From Bacteroidales bacterium (lineage in GTDB: Bacteria; Bacteroidota; Bacteroidia; Bacteroidales; UBA932): DNA of 64,000 bases. Positions 62,629-64,000 of the stretch are shown piece by piece. The position numbers were made by a program, and so were the translations under genes. The notes under the pieces are model-generated. The model was not told where the DNA came from. It did no database searches and saw nothing but the letters and a program-made list of their open reading frames with translations. Position 1 is the first letter of the stretch. The number at the start of each line of letters is the position of its first letter. Where the stretch lies: NCBI GenBank assembly GCA_017558775.1, contig JAFYTP010000075.1, positions 2,228 through 66,227 of the forward strand, given 5' to 3'.

Positions 62629-64000
62629 ACCTCCATCGGGACATCCTCCGCCTCGCAGTTCCGAGCATCCTCGCGAACATCACCGTCCCCCTTGTGGGCA
62701 TGGTGGACATCGCCGTGGCCGGGCATCTGGGCGCCACAGAGGGACTTTCCGCCGCAGCTTTCATCGGCGGTATCTCCATCGGCGCGATGCTCTTCGACAT
62801 GCTGTACTGGAACTTCGGGTTCCTGCGGGCCGGGACCGGCGGAATTACCGCCCAGGCATATGGTCGATGGCATACCGGATCCAACAGCGCCGCCGGCGAC
62901 ATCGCCATCACCCTGAAACGGGCGCTGGGGATCGCCTTCGGTTCCGGCCTTGTACTCATCGCGTTGCAATGGGTGGTCGTGCAGGTGGCGTTCCTGCTGG
63001 TCAAGTGTACGCCCGAGGTGCGGGACCTGGCCACCAAGTATTTCTTCATCCGCATCTGGGCCGCCCCGGCCACGCTTTCCCTCTTCGCTTTCAAGGGCTG
63101 GTTCATCGGCATGCAGGACACCGTCCGGCCGATGATCTGCGACCTGCTGGTGAACACCGTTAACATCCTGCTGTCCATCGGCTTAGCATTTGGATACGCC
63201 GGTCTTCCGGAGCTCGGTTTCAAGGGCGTCGCCTGGGGCACTTTCATCGCCCAATGGACCGGTTTCCTCTACGCCTCGCTGGCCGTGTGGAAGCGTTACG
63301 GAAACGTGTTCCGGGAAGCCTCCGGGGAGAAGGTCAGCGACAAGGCCGGACTCCGGGCGTTCTTCGTCCTCAACCGCGACCTGTTCCTGCGGTCGATGTG
63401 CATGATTGCCGTTTACATCGGCTTCACGATGATCTCCGCCCGGTACGGCGACATGATGCTGGCGGTGGGGGCCATCCTGATGAAACTGCTGATGATTTTC
63501 AGTTACTTCACCGACGGATTCGCTTACGCCGGAGAGGCGCTTACGGGCCGTTTCATCGGGGAGGAATCCCCCGACGGCGTGCGGTCCACCATCAAGGAAA
63601 CGTTCCTTTGGAGCCTCGCCGTCACGGGCCTGTTCTTCCTCGTTTACGGGGCAGGCGGCGTGCCGCTGCTCCGCTTGATGACATCGGATGCCGAGGTGGT
63701 GGAATCGGCCCGGGGCTTCCTGCCCTGGCTGCTGCTGATGCCGGTCATCGGCTGCCCTGCTTTTACGTGGGATGGCATCTTCACCGGCGCTACGGCTTCT
63801 AAGGACCTGCGGAACTCCTGCGTGTGGTGCGTCGTCGGCTTTTTCGGCGTCTGGTTCGCCGGTCTCGGCCTTCTCAAGGCCTTCCACGGGTCCCTTCCGG
63901 AGACCTGGGCCATCCATCTGCTGCTGGCCGCCTACTTCGTCCACCTCCTCGTCCGGGCCCTCTTCCTCACCCTCCGCTGGCGGAAAGCAGTGCCCTATAC
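62625..64000 (+). CDS. MATE family efflux transporter (DinF-like), runs off the window end
   Basis: ATG 62625 overlaps the rsgA stop. MNLHRDILRLAVPSILANITVPLVGMVDIAVAGHLG, FGFLRAGTGG.TAQA and DGFAYAGEAL.G. No stop before 64000, so absent from the ORF track. Confidence 0.9.
   Translation, partial: MNLHRDILRLAVPSILANITVPLVGMVDIAVAGHLGATEGLSAAAFIGGISIGAMLFDMLYWNFGFLRAGTGGITAQAYGRWHTGSNSAAGDIAITLKRALGIAFGSGLVLIALQWVVVQVAFLLVKCTPEVRDLATKYFFIRIWAAPATLSLFAFKGWFIGMQDTVRPMICDLLVNTVNILLSIGLAFGYAGLPELGFKGVAWGTFIAQWTGFLYASLAVWKRYGNVFREASGEKVSDKAGLRAFFVLNRDLFLRSMCMIAVYIGFTMISARYGDMMLAVGAILMKLLMIFSYFTDGFAYAGEALTGRFIGEESPDGVRSTIKETFLWSLAVTGLFFLVYGAGGVPLLRLMTSDAEVVESARGFLPWLLLMPVIGCPAFTWDGIFTGATASKDLRNSCVWCVVGFFGVWFAGLGLLKAFHGSLPETWAIHLLLAAYFVHLLVRALFLTLRWRKAVPY

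Overview
High-GC Bacteroidales chromosome segment, judged from TAnnTTTG -7 promoters, lipoproteins, TonB-dependent receptors and the holB-ricT-gldH and DUF4271-hemD-rnpA-yidD gene orders. All family calls come from motif reading and recall, not database searches. (1) 1-13.6 kb: alpha-mannan/high-mannose N-glycan catabolic locus (3x GH92, GH125, GH130, an FGE-like/BNR fusion, ROK kinase, ManA). It is interrupted at about 0.84-2.6 kb by a mostly AT-richer islet carrying a nonsense-inactivated RelE/HigB-type toxin, its intact antitoxin, an Rnl2 RNA-ligase-like remnant and a putative wHTH gene behind twin palindromes. (2) 13.7-33.8 kb, minus strand: a SusD-free putative nucleic-acid utilisation locus with three TonB-dependent receptors, two BACON/OB-fold-repeat surface lipoproteins, a BACON-His-Me endonuclease, an EEP nuclease, a DUF5689 lipoprotein and an M3 peptidase. 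(3) 34-64 kb: housekeeping genes, including SAM-II riboswitch-metK, smpB, a short miaA, trmB, gldH, ricT, holB, ispB-like, LOG, two porins, trxA, an RND pump, lgt, pgk, a SAM methyltransferase, DUF2723, ubiE, yidD, rnpA, hemD, SUI1, malQ, rsgA and MATE. Best leads are the OB-fold-array nucleic-acid capture locus, a family of structured palindromic elements with C-GNA-G triloops (one intergenic, one in-frame in trmB), and a MiaA lacking its tRNA-clamp domain.
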